A stretch of 35,593 nt of DNA from Candidatus Woesearchaeota archaeon (GTDB taxonomy: Archaea > Nanobdellota > Nanobdellia > Woesearchaeales > GCA-2686295). The notes below the pieces were generated by a model that saw nothing but the letters and a program-made list of their open reading frames with translations, did not search any database and was not told the origin of the DNA. Location: contig NZBB01000012.1 of NCBI GenBank assembly GCA_002686295.1, positions 1 through 35,593 on the forward strand, in the 5' to 3' direction. A program made the translations under genes and the position numbers. Numbering within the stretch: position 1 is the stretch's first letter; every line of letters starts with the position of its first letter. Below, piece after piece: positions 27,545 through 35,593 of the stretch.

Positions 27545-29291
27545 TATAAACACCTTTTAATTCATCATAAATTTCACTCGGATAAAATGTTCTGCCATTA
27601 TATTTTAACACTTTTTTTTCAATTTTAAAACCTGTAAATTCACTTATAATTCCTGCCAACTGAGCAGATTTGTTCTCTTCTACATCAACAACATTCTTTG
27701 AGTTTTTCAAGAATTCTCTAACATATTCTGAATGAAAAGGAAAAACATATACAAAATGCAAAAAATTTGCTTTAATGCCGTCTGATTCTAAATAATCCAT
27801 TGCTTCAAGTATTGCACCCTTTGTAGAACCCCAACTAATTATTGTCAAATCGGCTTTTTTTGGCCCATATAATTTTGGCAAAGGAATTTCTTTTTCTGCG
27901 GTTTTAAGTTTTCTGAATCTTTTATCTTCCTGTAAAATTTTATTATCTCCTTTCTCACAAATCTCTCCGTATTCATTATGCTCATCACTGCTTGATCTAA
28001 ACATACACTTTTGACCTGGTATTGCTCTTGGCGACACTCCGTTTTCTGTAATCATAAACCTCTTATAATCTTTCAAATTAGCAGCTTCTTCATCTGACAA
28101 TAACAATCCTCTATCTATCTTTAAATGCGAAGTATTAAACTTTGGTATTGATTTATAAGATACTGCCAAATGCTTGTCTGAAACAATAAATACAGGCAAC
28201 TGATATTTTTCTGCAAAGTTAAAAGCATTGAATGTTTCATAAAAACATTCTTCAACATCTCCTGGAGCAATTACTATACGAGGAAATTCTCCGTGACCAA
28301 TGTTTAAAACAAATTTTAAATCTCCCTGACCTTGTCTTGTTGGCAAACCAGTTGAAGGACCAGGTCTTTGAACATTTACTATCACTAATGGAACCTCAGT
28401 CATTCCAAGAAGACTTATTGTTTCTGACATCAAAGCTAAACCACCTCCACTTGTTGAAGTCATTGAGCGAACACCAGCATAAGATGCTCCTAAAGCCATA
28501 TTTATAGCTGAGATTTCATCATCGGCCTGTTTCATAACCACTTCTGAATCTAATTCTTTCTTTGCATAATAATTCATTATAGAGGATGCAGGAGTCATCG
28601 GATAAGCAGACAAGAATTTACAACCAGCTTTTATAGCTCCAAGACCTATTGCTTGGTTCCCTGTCAAAAGCATTCTTTTTTTCCTTGTTTTTTTCTTTAG
28701 TTTTACCTCAAAATCAGATAGATAATTTTTCTTCACATAATCATATCCTTTTTTTGCAGCTCTAACATTTAACTCTGCAATCTTGCTACCTTTTTTCTTT
28801 TTTGAATTAACCCCTCTAATTGCTTCAGCAAGATAATCAAAATCATAATCCAAAACAGCTATTGAAGCACCCAAAAGGACCGAATTCCTCATAATTTTTA
28901 TAGCGCCTTTTATACTCTTTAGAATTTCCATTAAAGGAACATTATAAAGTCTTATATCATATCTTATACTACATTCATCTATGTTCACTTCATTTGCATC
29001 ATATATTATTCCACCACCAGCAGTTACAAAATTCTTATGTCTTATAATTGTGTCCTTATTAAGAGCTGCAACTAAATTATACAATAATATAGGACAAGTA
29101 AGTTCTCGCTCTTCAACTCTTACACCAAAAGAGTTATGACCTCCTCTTATAAGTGAAGGATATTCTACATGCGTAAAAACATTCAGCCCACCAAGAATCA
29201 TGGCTCTAGCAAATTTTTGTCCTGCAGTCATTATTCCATAACCTGCTTCTCCTCCAACCAACCAAGAAAGTTTATTTATATCAATCGCCAT
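27537..29291 (-). CDS. 2-oxoacid:ferredoxin oxidoreductase alpha subunit (gamma-alpha fusion)
   Basis: GGEAGYG, YPSLIRGGHN, YPMTPAS, TSTSGGG and QRPGPSTGLPT motifs. Confidence 0.95.
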   Translation of the reverse strand: MAIDINKLSWLVGGEAGYGIMTAGQKFARAMILGGLNVFTHVEYPSLIRGGHNSFGVRVEERELTCPILLYNLVAALNKDTIIRHKNFVTAGGGIIYDANEVNIDECSIRYDIRLYNVPLMEILKSIKGAIKIMRNSVLLGASIAVLDYDFDYLAEAIRGVNSKKKKGSKIAELNVRAAKKGYDYVKKNYLSDFEVKLKKKTRKKRMLLTGNQAIGLGAIKAGCKFLSAYPMTPASSIMNYYAKKELDSEVVMKQADDEISAINMALGASYAGVRSMTSTSGGGLALMSETISLLGMTEVPLVIVNVQRPGPSTGLPTRQGQGDLKFVLNIGHGEFPRIVIAPGDVEECFYETFNAFNFAEKYQLPVFIVSDKHLAVSYKSIPKFNTSHLKIDRGLLLSDEEAANLKDYKRFMITENGVSPRAIPGQKCMFRSSSDEHNEYGEICEKGDNKILQEDKRFRKLKTAEKEIPLPKLYGPKKADLTIISWGSTKGAILEAMDYLESDGIKANFLHFVYVFPFHSEYVREFLKNSKNVVDVEENKSAQLAGIISEFTGFKIEKKVLKYNGRTFYPSEIYDELKGVYNG

Positions 29292-29389
29292 TAAAACAAT
29301 ATTTAAAATTAAATATATTTAAATGTATTTTAGCATTACAAAGTAGTTTAAAAAAAACTTTTATAAAGAATAAACCATTAAATGAATTT

Positions 29390-30148
29390 ATGAAGACTAT
29401 TTCTTTCAAAAACAAAGAGGACGAAAAACTTTCCGGATTATTGTCAAAAAACAATGATTCAGATATAGTTATAGTATTAAGTCATGGTTTTCTAAGCGAT
29501 AAATTTCATTCTGTTGTCACAGTTGTTTCTGAAGAGTTGTCTTCAAAAGGTTTTAACACTTTCATCTTTGACTTTTCAGGTAATGGTGAGAGCGAAGGTC
29601 TTATCGGAGATTCGTCATACATTAAAGAACAGGACGACCTTGTTTCGGCAATTGATTTTCTTGAAAACAATGGTTTCAAAAAGTTCTGTCTTATAGGTCA
29701 TAGCATGGGCGGAGGAGTTTCAATAATAACTGCTTCAATCGATAAAAGAGTCAAGTGGCTTGTTGATTTGGCTTCTCCTGGTTTTCCTGAGAAAATAAAG
29801 GAGCGAAGGTTTAATGCTGAAAAAATTCTCGAAGCTTATAAAACCGGAAGCACTAGTTATGAATTTGGTAATGAAAAAACACTTAAATTCAATAAAAAGT
29901 TTTTTGAAGATCTTGAAAAAATAGACATCTTTAAATCTATAAAAAAAGTTAAAATGCCTTTATTAATAGTTCATGGTACAAAGGACTTGGCTGTTGATTT
30001 AGAAGAGTCTGAAGAATTATTTACAATTGCAAATAATCCCAAAACAATAAAAATTATAAGCGGAGCAGACCATTGTTTTTCAGATGCAAATTCAATGAGC
30101 GAATTATTAAAATCTGTTAATAAATGGGTTTTAAAATGGGTAAAATAA
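29390..30148 (+). CDS. Alpha/beta-fold hydrolase
   Basis: HGF oxyanion motif, DFSGNGES, GHSMGG nucleophile, HGTKD and GADH. Confidence 0.92.
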   Translation: MKTISFKNKEDEKLSGLLSKNNDSDIVIVLSHGFLSDKFHSVVTVVSEELSSKGFNTFIFDFSGNGESEGLIGDSSYIKEQDDLVSAIDFLENNGFKKFCLIGHSMGGGVSIITASIDKRVKWLVDLASPGFPEKIKERRFNAEKILEAYKTGSTSYEFGNEKTLKFNKKFFEDLEKIDIFKSIKKVKMPLLIVHGTKDLAVDLEESEELFTIANNPKTIKIISGADHCFSDANSMSELLKSVNKWVLKWVK

Positions 30149-30579
30149 TTGCAATCTTATTTTTTACTTTATTTCTGATTGGTTGTTCGAATAATGTTGA
30201 ACCTGTGTTTAAATATGAAGAAGCAAAGGTTGTCATTGGTAACTTCACTGTTTCTGTTGAAATAGCTGATAATTATGAAAAACAAATGAGGGGATTAATG
30301 TACAGAACAAAACTTGAAGAAAATAAAGGAATGCTGTTCATATTTAATGAAGAAAAGTTTAGAAGTTTCTGGATGAAAAACACATTCATACCATTAGATA
30401 TAATATTCATAAATTCTGATTATGAAATTGTGAAAATTCAAAGAGGCGTTCCTTGTAAAGAAAATTCCTGCAAAACATATAATTCTGAAAAAACAGCGAA
30501 GTATGTGCTTGAAATGAACAAAGGTTTCACAGAAAAAAATAAAATACTTGAAGGAATGAATATAAGTATAATTATTTGA
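30136..30579 (+). CDS. DUF192 family protein with lipoprotein-like signal
   Basis: GLMYR, GMLFIF, FWMKNTFIPLDIIF and YVLEMN motifs, N-terminal LIGC. Start is 30136 or 30124. Confidence 0.9.
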   Translation: MGKIIAILFFTLFLIGCSNNVEPVFKYEEAKVVIGNFTVSVEIADNYEKQMRGLMYRTKLEENKGMLFIFNEEKFRSFWMKNTFIPLDIIFINSDYEIVKIQRGVPCKENSCKTYNSEKTAKYVLEMNKGFTEKNKILEGMNISIII

Positions 30580-30635
30580 AAAACGCATTTTTCGTTTTAG
30601 AAAAATTTAAATATTTCTTATTAAAATAATAGTTT

Positions 30636-32594
30636 ATGCCTGTTATAGATTCTGTCTCTGTTGAAAAAAGAAAGTTCTCACCAAAGAAGAATTTTGTTAA
30701 AAAATCTCATATAAAGAGTTTCAAAGAATACAAAAAACTTTACAATGAGTCTATAAATAACCCTGAAAAATTCTGGAGTCGAGAAGCTGAGAATCTTGAC
30801 TGGTTTAAGAAATGGAACAAGGTTTATTCTTGGAAGAAGACAAAACTTGAAACTAAGTGGTTTGATGGTGGCAAAATAAACATTTCTTATAACTGTCTTG
30901 ATAGGCATTTGAAAACTAGAGGAAATAAAACAGCTTTAATATGGGAGTCTGATAAAGGCAGAAGTAAACAGTTTACCTATAAACAATTGCATAAAGTTGT
31001 TTGTAGATTTGCTAATGTGTTGAAAAAGCATGGAATGAAAAAAGGCGATAGAATAGTTTTCTATATGCCAATGATTCCTGAACTTGCAATTGGCATACTT
31101 GCATGTACAAGAATTGGAGTTATTCACAGCGTTGTTTTTGGCGGTTTCAGTTCAGAATCTTTAAAAGACAGAATTCAAGATTCAAGAGCTAAGATTGTTA
31201 TAACCAGCAATGCCAGTATTCGCAAAGGACAAGCTATTCCAATGAAGAAAAACATTGATAAAGTTTTGTCAGAGTGTAAGTCTTTAAAGAAGGTCATTGT
31301 TGTTCAACGCGATAAAAGTTTAAAAACTTCAATGAAAAAAAATCGTGATGTATGGTTGCATGAAGAAATCAATTATTCAGACATAAATGATTTTTGTAAA
31401 CCTGCTGAAATGAATTCTGAAGATCCTGCTTTTATTCTTTATACAAGTGGCACTACTGGAAAGCCAAAGGGCGTTGTTCATTCAACTGCTGGTTATCTAA
31501 TGTATGTTTATCTGACTTTCAAATATGTATTTGATTATCGCGAAGAAGATGTTTATTGGTGTACTGCTGATATTGGATGGATAACAGGGCACAGCTATAT
31601 AGTGTATGGTCCTCTTGCAAATGGAGCTACAAGTTTAATGTTTGAAGGAGTTCCAACTTATCCTAATCCTGATCGTGCTTGGAAGATTGTTGAAAAGTAT
31701 AAAGTAAGTGTTTTCTATACTGCACCAACTGCTATTAGAGCGCTTGCAAGATTTGGTGATGAATGGGTTAATAAATGTGATTTGTCAAATTTGAGATTGC
31801 TTGGTAGTGTAGGCGAGCCAATTAATCCAGAAGCTTGGCTTTGGTATCACAAAGTTGTTGGAAAAAATAAATGCCCTATTGTTGATACATGGTGGCAAAC
31901 AGAAACAGGAGGTATTATGATTACTCCTCTACCAGGAGCAATGGATTTAAAGCCAGGATCTGCTTGTTTTCCTTTCTTTGGTATAAAAGCAAATATTTTA
32001 AGAGAAAATGGCAAACCGACCAAAAAAGGCGAAGGAGGTTACATTGTAATTGAACAGCCATGGCCAAGCATGCTTAGAACTGTTTATCGCAATCCAAAAC
32101 GTTTCAGAAAAACATATTTTAGCAAATTCAAAGGCGGAATCTACTTTGCTGGAGATGGTGCTAAACGCGACAAGGATGGTTATTTCTGGATTATGGGACG
32201 AATAGATGATGTAGTTAATGTTTCAGGTCACAGATTTGGAACATCTGAGATTGAAAGTGCATTAGTAAGTTTTAAAGGAGTTGCAGAATCTGCTGTTGTT
32301 CCTTTTCCCCATAAAATAAAAGGAAAAGCTTTATATGCTTTTGTAACTTTAAAAAAAGGATTAAATGAATCTGATGAATTAGTTGCAAAGCTAAGAACAC
32401 ATGTTTCTAAAGTAATTGGACCAATTGCTAAACCTGACAAGATTCAGTTTACAGATGCTCTTCCAAAAACAAGGAGTGGCAAGATAATGAGAAGAATCTT
32501 AAAGGCAATAGCTGAAGGATTGGATGATGTTGGCAATACAACAACTCTTGCCAATCCAGAAATTGTTGAAATTCTAAAAAAGGAAAGAGTTTGA
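30636..32594 (+). CDS. acs: Acetyl-CoA synthetase (AMP-forming)
   Basis: YTSGTTGKPKG, GSVGEPINPEAW, DTWWQTETGG and PKTRSGKIMRR motifs. Confidence 0.97.
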   Translation: MPVIDSVSVEKRKFSPKKNFVKKSHIKSFKEYKKLYNESINNPEKFWSREAENLDWFKKWNKVYSWKKTKLETKWFDGGKINISYNCLDRHLKTRGNKTALIWESDKGRSKQFTYKQLHKVVCRFANVLKKHGMKKGDRIVFYMPMIPELAIGILACTRIGVIHSVVFGGFSSESLKDRIQDSRAKIVITSNASIRKGQAIPMKKNIDKVLSECKSLKKVIVVQRDKSLKTSMKKNRDVWLHEEINYSDINDFCKPAEMNSEDPAFILYTSGTTGKPKGVVHSTAGYLMYVYLTFKYVFDYREEDVYWCTADIGWITGHSYIVYGPLANGATSLMFEGVPTYPNPDRAWKIVEKYKVSVFYTAPTAIRALARFGDEWVNKCDLSNLRLLGSVGEPINPEAWLWYHKVVGKNKCPIVDTWWQTETGGIMITPLPGAMDLKPGSACFPFFGIKANILRENGKPTKKGEGGYIVIEQPWPSMLRTVYRNPKRFRKTYFSKFKGGIYFAGDGAKRDKDGYFWIMGRIDDVVNVSGHRFGTSEIESALVSFKGVAESAVVPFPHKIKGKALYAFVTLKKGLNESDELVAKLRTHVSKVIGPIAKPDKIQFTDALPKTRSGKIMRRILKAIAEGLDDVGNTTTLANPEIVEILKKERV

Positions 32595-32648
32595 TTTTTC
32601 TGTTTCATCAAAAAAAAAGAAAAAAGTTTATAAACAACACAAAAATGA

Positions 32649-32671
32649 TTATTAATAATGATTATTAATAA
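32649..32671. promoter_or_regulatory. Perfect 11-1-11 palindromic Fur/PerR-type operator
   Basis: TTATTAATAAT-G-ATTATTAATAA, centred on the start codon of the Fur-family gene, 14 nt downstream of TATA TTTATAAA (32627-32634). Confidence 0.8.
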
Positions 32672-33062
32672 GAAATTATTGACAACAAGAAATACTATTC
32701 AGAAAAAAGGAATTCTAGAATATTTAAAAAATGTTAAAACACATCCAACCGCAGAAATAGTTTTTAAGAAAGTAATAAAAAAAATGCCTAAAATAACCTT
32801 AGCAACAGTTTACAGAAACTTAAATCAGATGGCCGAACAGAAAAAAATATTGAGACTTGAAATAAATAAAGAATATCATTATGATGCTTGCACAAAAAAA
32901 CACCAACATGGAGTTTGTCAAGATTGTGGAAAAATAATTGATTTCTTTCAAAACAACATATCTGATTTTGCAATAAAAAATCTTAAAACTAACAAATTCA
33001 AAGCGAATAATGTATCTATTATGTTTAAAGGATTATGTGATGAATGCGAGGTTAAAAAATGA
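32658..33062 (+). CDS. Fur-family regulator, PerR-like
   Basis: HPTAE, LATVYRNL, YD...HQHGVCQDCGKIID and CDEC motifs. Asp (not Glu) at the position that distinguishes PerR from Fur. Upstream of ahpC and dfx. Confidence 0.9.
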   Translation: MIINKKLLTTRNTIQKKGILEYLKNVKTHPTAEIVFKKVIKKMPKITLATVYRNLNQMAEQKKILRLEINKEYHYDACTKKHQHGVCQDCGKIIDFFQNNISDFAIKNLKTNKFKANNVSIMFKGLCDECEVKK

Positions 33063-33160
33063 TTGAAGGAGAAAACAAGGAATTTCTTATTAAAGCTTTT
33101 GAAAACGTGAAACCATTAAAACATGTTTCAGAAATATTAGAGTTTATAAAAAACCAATAG
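33059..33160 (+). pseudogene. 33-aa ORF resembling the C-terminal helix region of BCP/PrxQ peroxiredoxin
   Basis: MIEGENKEFLIKAFENVKPLKHVSEILEFIKNQ*. ATGA overlap with the PerR stop and GAGGT SD. Pattern KxFxxVKPxxHxxEILxxI. Confidence 0.55.
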
Positions 33161-33175
33161 GAGGAAAAAAATAAA

Positions 33176-33751
33176 ATGGAAGAACAAAAACTTTGTATAA
33201 ACGAAAAAGCTCCTGCTTTCACAGCAGAAGTTTACCACAACAACGAGATAAAGAAAGTAAGCTTAAAAGATTATGAAGGCAAATGGACAGTCTTATTCTT
33301 TTACCCTGCAGACTTTACTTTTATCTGCCCAACAGAATTAGGAGAGTTGGCAAACAAATATGATGAGTTAAAAAAACTAGGTGTTGAAGTGTTAAGTGTA
33401 TCAACAGACACAACATTCGTTCATAAAGCCTGGCACGACAATTCTAAAACAATCAAGAATGTTAAGTTTCCAATGGTTGCAGATCCAACCGGACAAATAT
33501 GTAAAGATTACAAAACTTACATCCTGGAAGAAGGTCTTTCTTTAAGAGGAACATTCATAATAGATCCTGATGGAGTATTGAAAGCTTTTGAAGTGCATGA
33601 TAATTCAATAGGTAGAAGTGTGGATGAACTTATAAGAAAAATACAGGCAGCACAATTTGTCAGAGAAAATGGAGGAGAAGTTTGCCCTGCAAACTGGAAA
33701 CCAGGATCTAAAACATTAAAACCAGGTTTAGATTTAGTTGGAAAAATATAG
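33176..33751 (+). CDS. ahpC: Typical 2-Cys peroxiredoxin AhpC
   Basis: FFYPADFTFICPTE (peroxidatic Cys), GEVCPANW (resolving Cys), C-terminus LDLVGKI. GGAGG SD. Confidence 0.96.
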   Translation: MEEQKLCINEKAPAFTAEVYHNNEIKKVSLKDYEGKWTVLFFYPADFTFICPTELGELANKYDELKKLGVEVLSVSTDTTFVHKAWHDNSKTIKNVKFPMVADPTGQICKDYKTYILEEGLSLRGTFIIDPDGVLKAFEVHDNSIGRSVDELIRKIQAAQFVRENGGEVCPANWKPGSKTLKPGLDLVGKI

Positions 33752-33761
33752 ATGGAAAAAA

Positions 33762-34136
33762 ATGACTGAAAAAAAACAAATCTATAAATGCCCCTTTTGC
33801 GGAAACGTTGTTGAAGTTGTTTATTCTGGAGAAGAACAATTAGTCTGCTGTAGACAACCAATGAAACAGTTAAAAGAGAACACAGAAGATGCTGCAACAG
33901 AAAAACACATCCCAATAATTGAAAAAACAGAAAATGGGGTGTCAGTTCAAGTTGGTTCTGTTCCACATCCAATGGATGAAGATCACTACATAGTGTTCAT
34001 AGAAATTATAGCAGATGGAAAAATTTATAGACAAAATTTAAAGCCCGGAAACGAACCAAAAGCACATTTTTGTATTGAAGCAAAAGAATTTGCTGTTAGA
34101 GCATATTGTAATTTACATGGTTTGTGGAAGAATTAA
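33762..34136 (+). CDS. dfx: Desulfoferrodoxin (2Fe superoxide reductase)
   Basis: YKCPFCGN...LVCC (centre I) and EKHIP, HPM..DHYI, YCNLHGLW (centre II). Start re-called to ATG 33762. Confidence 0.95.
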   Translation: MTEKKQIYKCPFCGNVVEVVYSGEEQLVCCRQPMKQLKENTEDAATEKHIPIIEKTENGVSVQVGSVPHPMDEDHYIVFIEIIADGKIYRQNLKPGNEPKAHFCIEAKEFAVRAYCNLHGLWKN

Positions 34137-34175
34137 TTTTTTTATTTTTCTATTATTATTTTATAAACAAATTCT

Positions 34176-34266
34176 TCAGAGCTCATGAGTATATTCAGAT
34201 TCTGCATTCACTATACTTGACAAAAAAAATAGCCAATATAAAGAAGACTAATTTGTTTTTCTTCAT
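34176..34266 (-). pseudogene. Frameshifted signal-peptide-encoding gene relic
   Basis: Removing one T from a T8 run gives MKKNKLVFFILAIFLSSIVNA-ESEYTHEL*. The ATG lies 11 nt after the ccdA stop. Confidence 0.4.
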
Positions 34267-34277
34267 TAACTAAACAT

Positions 34278-35246
34278 CTAATTATTTTTATTTTTCCATA
34301 AGAATCTTGCTAGTAAGACAACAAATACAATAAATAAAATCATTCCTAAAATATTTGAGTAAGGCCATACTATTAGCAAATCTTGCAAAGAATAGAAATA
34401 TTTTTTTGTCTTGAATATATCAAATACATTAATAAATCCTGTTCCTTTAAATATAAGTAAAAACAATCCCATAATAATAAATAGAATTCCTGCAATTAGA
34501 TTAGTTGAGTGAATGAAATATTTTTTTTCATCAACACTAAATTCAAACATTTTACCTTTGATAAACTTACTTTTTGAAAGATTAAACTTATCATAAAACA
34601 CAGCCAATATAAATAAAGGCATTAGATTTCCTAAAGAGTAAAAAAACAACAACAACGCAGAATAAAAAACATTGTTCAACAAAGCACCTATACCCAGTAT
34701 TCCGGCTAATATAGGACCAAGACAAGCAGTCCACCCAATTGCAAAGAAAACACCAAATAAAAAAGTTCCAGGAATATCATTTTTAAATTTCTTATCGTGC
34801 TTTATAAAAGATGAAAAACCTTTTCCAGAAAAAGATAACACCCCCATTATAAAAAGGAATATTCCAGCCACAAAAATTAACCATTCACTTTTAATAATTT
34901 GTATTGATCTTTCGCCAATAAAACCTGCTATTATACCCATTGTGATAAATGCTGAAGAAAAACCAAAAAAGAACACAAGAGTCATAAAAGTTATGTTCTT
35001 CTTCTCTTTAAATGTATAAGAAAAATAAGCAGGCAGAAATGGAAGTATACAGGGAGATAATATCCCAATAAGTCCTGCAACAAAAGCTATGAAAAAAGAT
35101 ATCTTAACAGAAAAATCAATAGTTGATTGTTTGTTATAATCTATTATTTGTTGTAATCCAACAGAAACATTTGATTGAGCAGAAATTAGATTAACAAAAA
35201 TAAAAAATACGAAAATTGAAAAAAAAAGTTTGTAATTCATTCTCAC
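34278..35246 (-). CDS. CcdA/DsbD-family disulfide-reducing membrane protein
   Basis: AGLIGILSPCILPFLPAY and GWTACLGPIL motifs, multiple TM helices. Confidence 0.9.
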   Translation of the reverse strand: MRMNYKLFFSIFVFFIFVNLISAQSNVSVGLQQIIDYNKQSTIDFSVKISFFIAFVAGLIGILSPCILPFLPAYFSYTFKEKKNITFMTLVFFFGFSSAFITMGIIAGFIGERSIQIIKSEWLIFVAGIFLFIMGVLSFSGKGFSSFIKHDKKFKNDIPGTFLFGVFFAIGWTACLGPILAGILGIGALLNNVFYSALLLFFYSLGNLMPLFILAVFYDKFNLSKSKFIKGKMFEFSVDEKKYFIHSTNLIAGILFIIMGLFLLIFKGTGFINVFDIFKTKKYFYSLQDLLIVWPYSNILGMILFIVFVVLLARFLWKNKNN

Positions 35247-35404
35247 CTAACTATTAGTTGCCCAGACATTCTGCCGTGACCTGAGCCACATGACACACTA
35301 CAATAAAATGTAAATGTTCCTTCTTTATCTGCTAAAAACTCAACTGTTTGCTCAGATCCATCACTACCAAGATATAAATCAATTATAAATGATTCTGCTG
35401 TAGA
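35243..35404 (-). pseudogene. C-terminal fragment of a cupredoxin (COX2/CuA-like) domain protein
   Basis: ...EQTVEFLADKEGTFTFYCSVSCGSGHGRMSGQLIVR* (CxxxCGxxHxxM). In-frame stop at 35407-35405 with no start. Its stop overlaps the ccdA start. Confidence 0.75.
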
Positions 35405-35593
35405 TCAAGATTTTGGGACGTTGGGAATAATTTTGAAACAACGTGCATACCATACAAATTTTATCTTTTCAGGGGACCCAAACTTTGATAATATGAAAGG
35501 ATTCTTTAGATCCCATGGTTTTGATAAATTTTATGGCGAAGAAATATTTTCAGATAAAACATTTTCTACTTCATGGGGTGTCTCTGATGAAGC
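35382..35593 (+). CDS. Internal fragment of an LTA-synthase/sulfatase-like protein (no start, runs off the right edge)
   Basis: IINDSAVDQDFGTLGIILKQRAYHTNFIFSGDPNFDNMKGFFRSHGFDKFYGEEIFSDKTFSTSWGVSDE (TL...L...Y.T.F..G...FDNM..FF...GF...WGVSD pattern). Confidence 0.7.
   Translation, partial: MINDSAVDQDFGTLGIILKQRAYHTNFIFSGDPNFDNMKGFFRSHGFDKFYGEEIFSDKTFSTSWGVSDE

Noticed and set aside
5734-35019. Remaining short ORF-track entries nested in or antisense to long genes (e.g. 7668-7994, 11027-11239, 15560-16081, 20335-20676, 24646-25113, 33517-33972, 34672-35019)
   Set aside because: They are almost entirely overlapped by well-supported conserved genes and lack independent motifs or start signals.
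1-35593. Stop-codon reassignment or selenocysteine/pyrrolysine recoding
   Set aside because: Conserved genes are full length under the standard code and end in TAA, TAG and TGA. In-frame stops occur only in relic fragments.

Overview
AT-rich archaeal chromosomal segment, most consistent with a DPANN archaeon (Woesearchaeota/Pacearchaeota-like). The evidence is archaeal SRP54, NucS and NreA with C-terminal PCNA-binding motifs, and BRE/TATA promoters with mostly leaderless genes. From left to right it contains: a >1076-aa secreted Ig/FN3-repeat surface glycoprotein running off the left edge, preceded by an unannotated small HTH ORF; two M50 proteases around a Cys-rich membrane-anchored protein; nucS, nreA, a degenerate ThiF, prs, a cyclophilin and a K+-dependent membrane pyrophosphatase; a decayed accessory patch (HExxH membrane protein, hairpins, PemK/MazF toxin relic); a DHH phosphoesterase, a Na+/K+-ATPase-like P-type ATPase, srp54 and a membrane-tethered wHTH regulator; a central carbon block (eno, ppsA, 2-oxoacid:ferredoxin oxidoreductase, AMP-forming acs); a PerR-AhpC-desulfoferrodoxin oxidative stress operon with a perfect palindromic operator; ccdA; and a probably chimeric right end. 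The best candidate for an undescribed element is a ~75-nt hairpin RNA (17622-17696) with its own TATA promoter and a loop carrying anti-Shine-Dalgarno sequences. No tRNA, rRNA, CRISPR array or intact transposase was seen. All family calls come from motif recognition by eye, not database searches.
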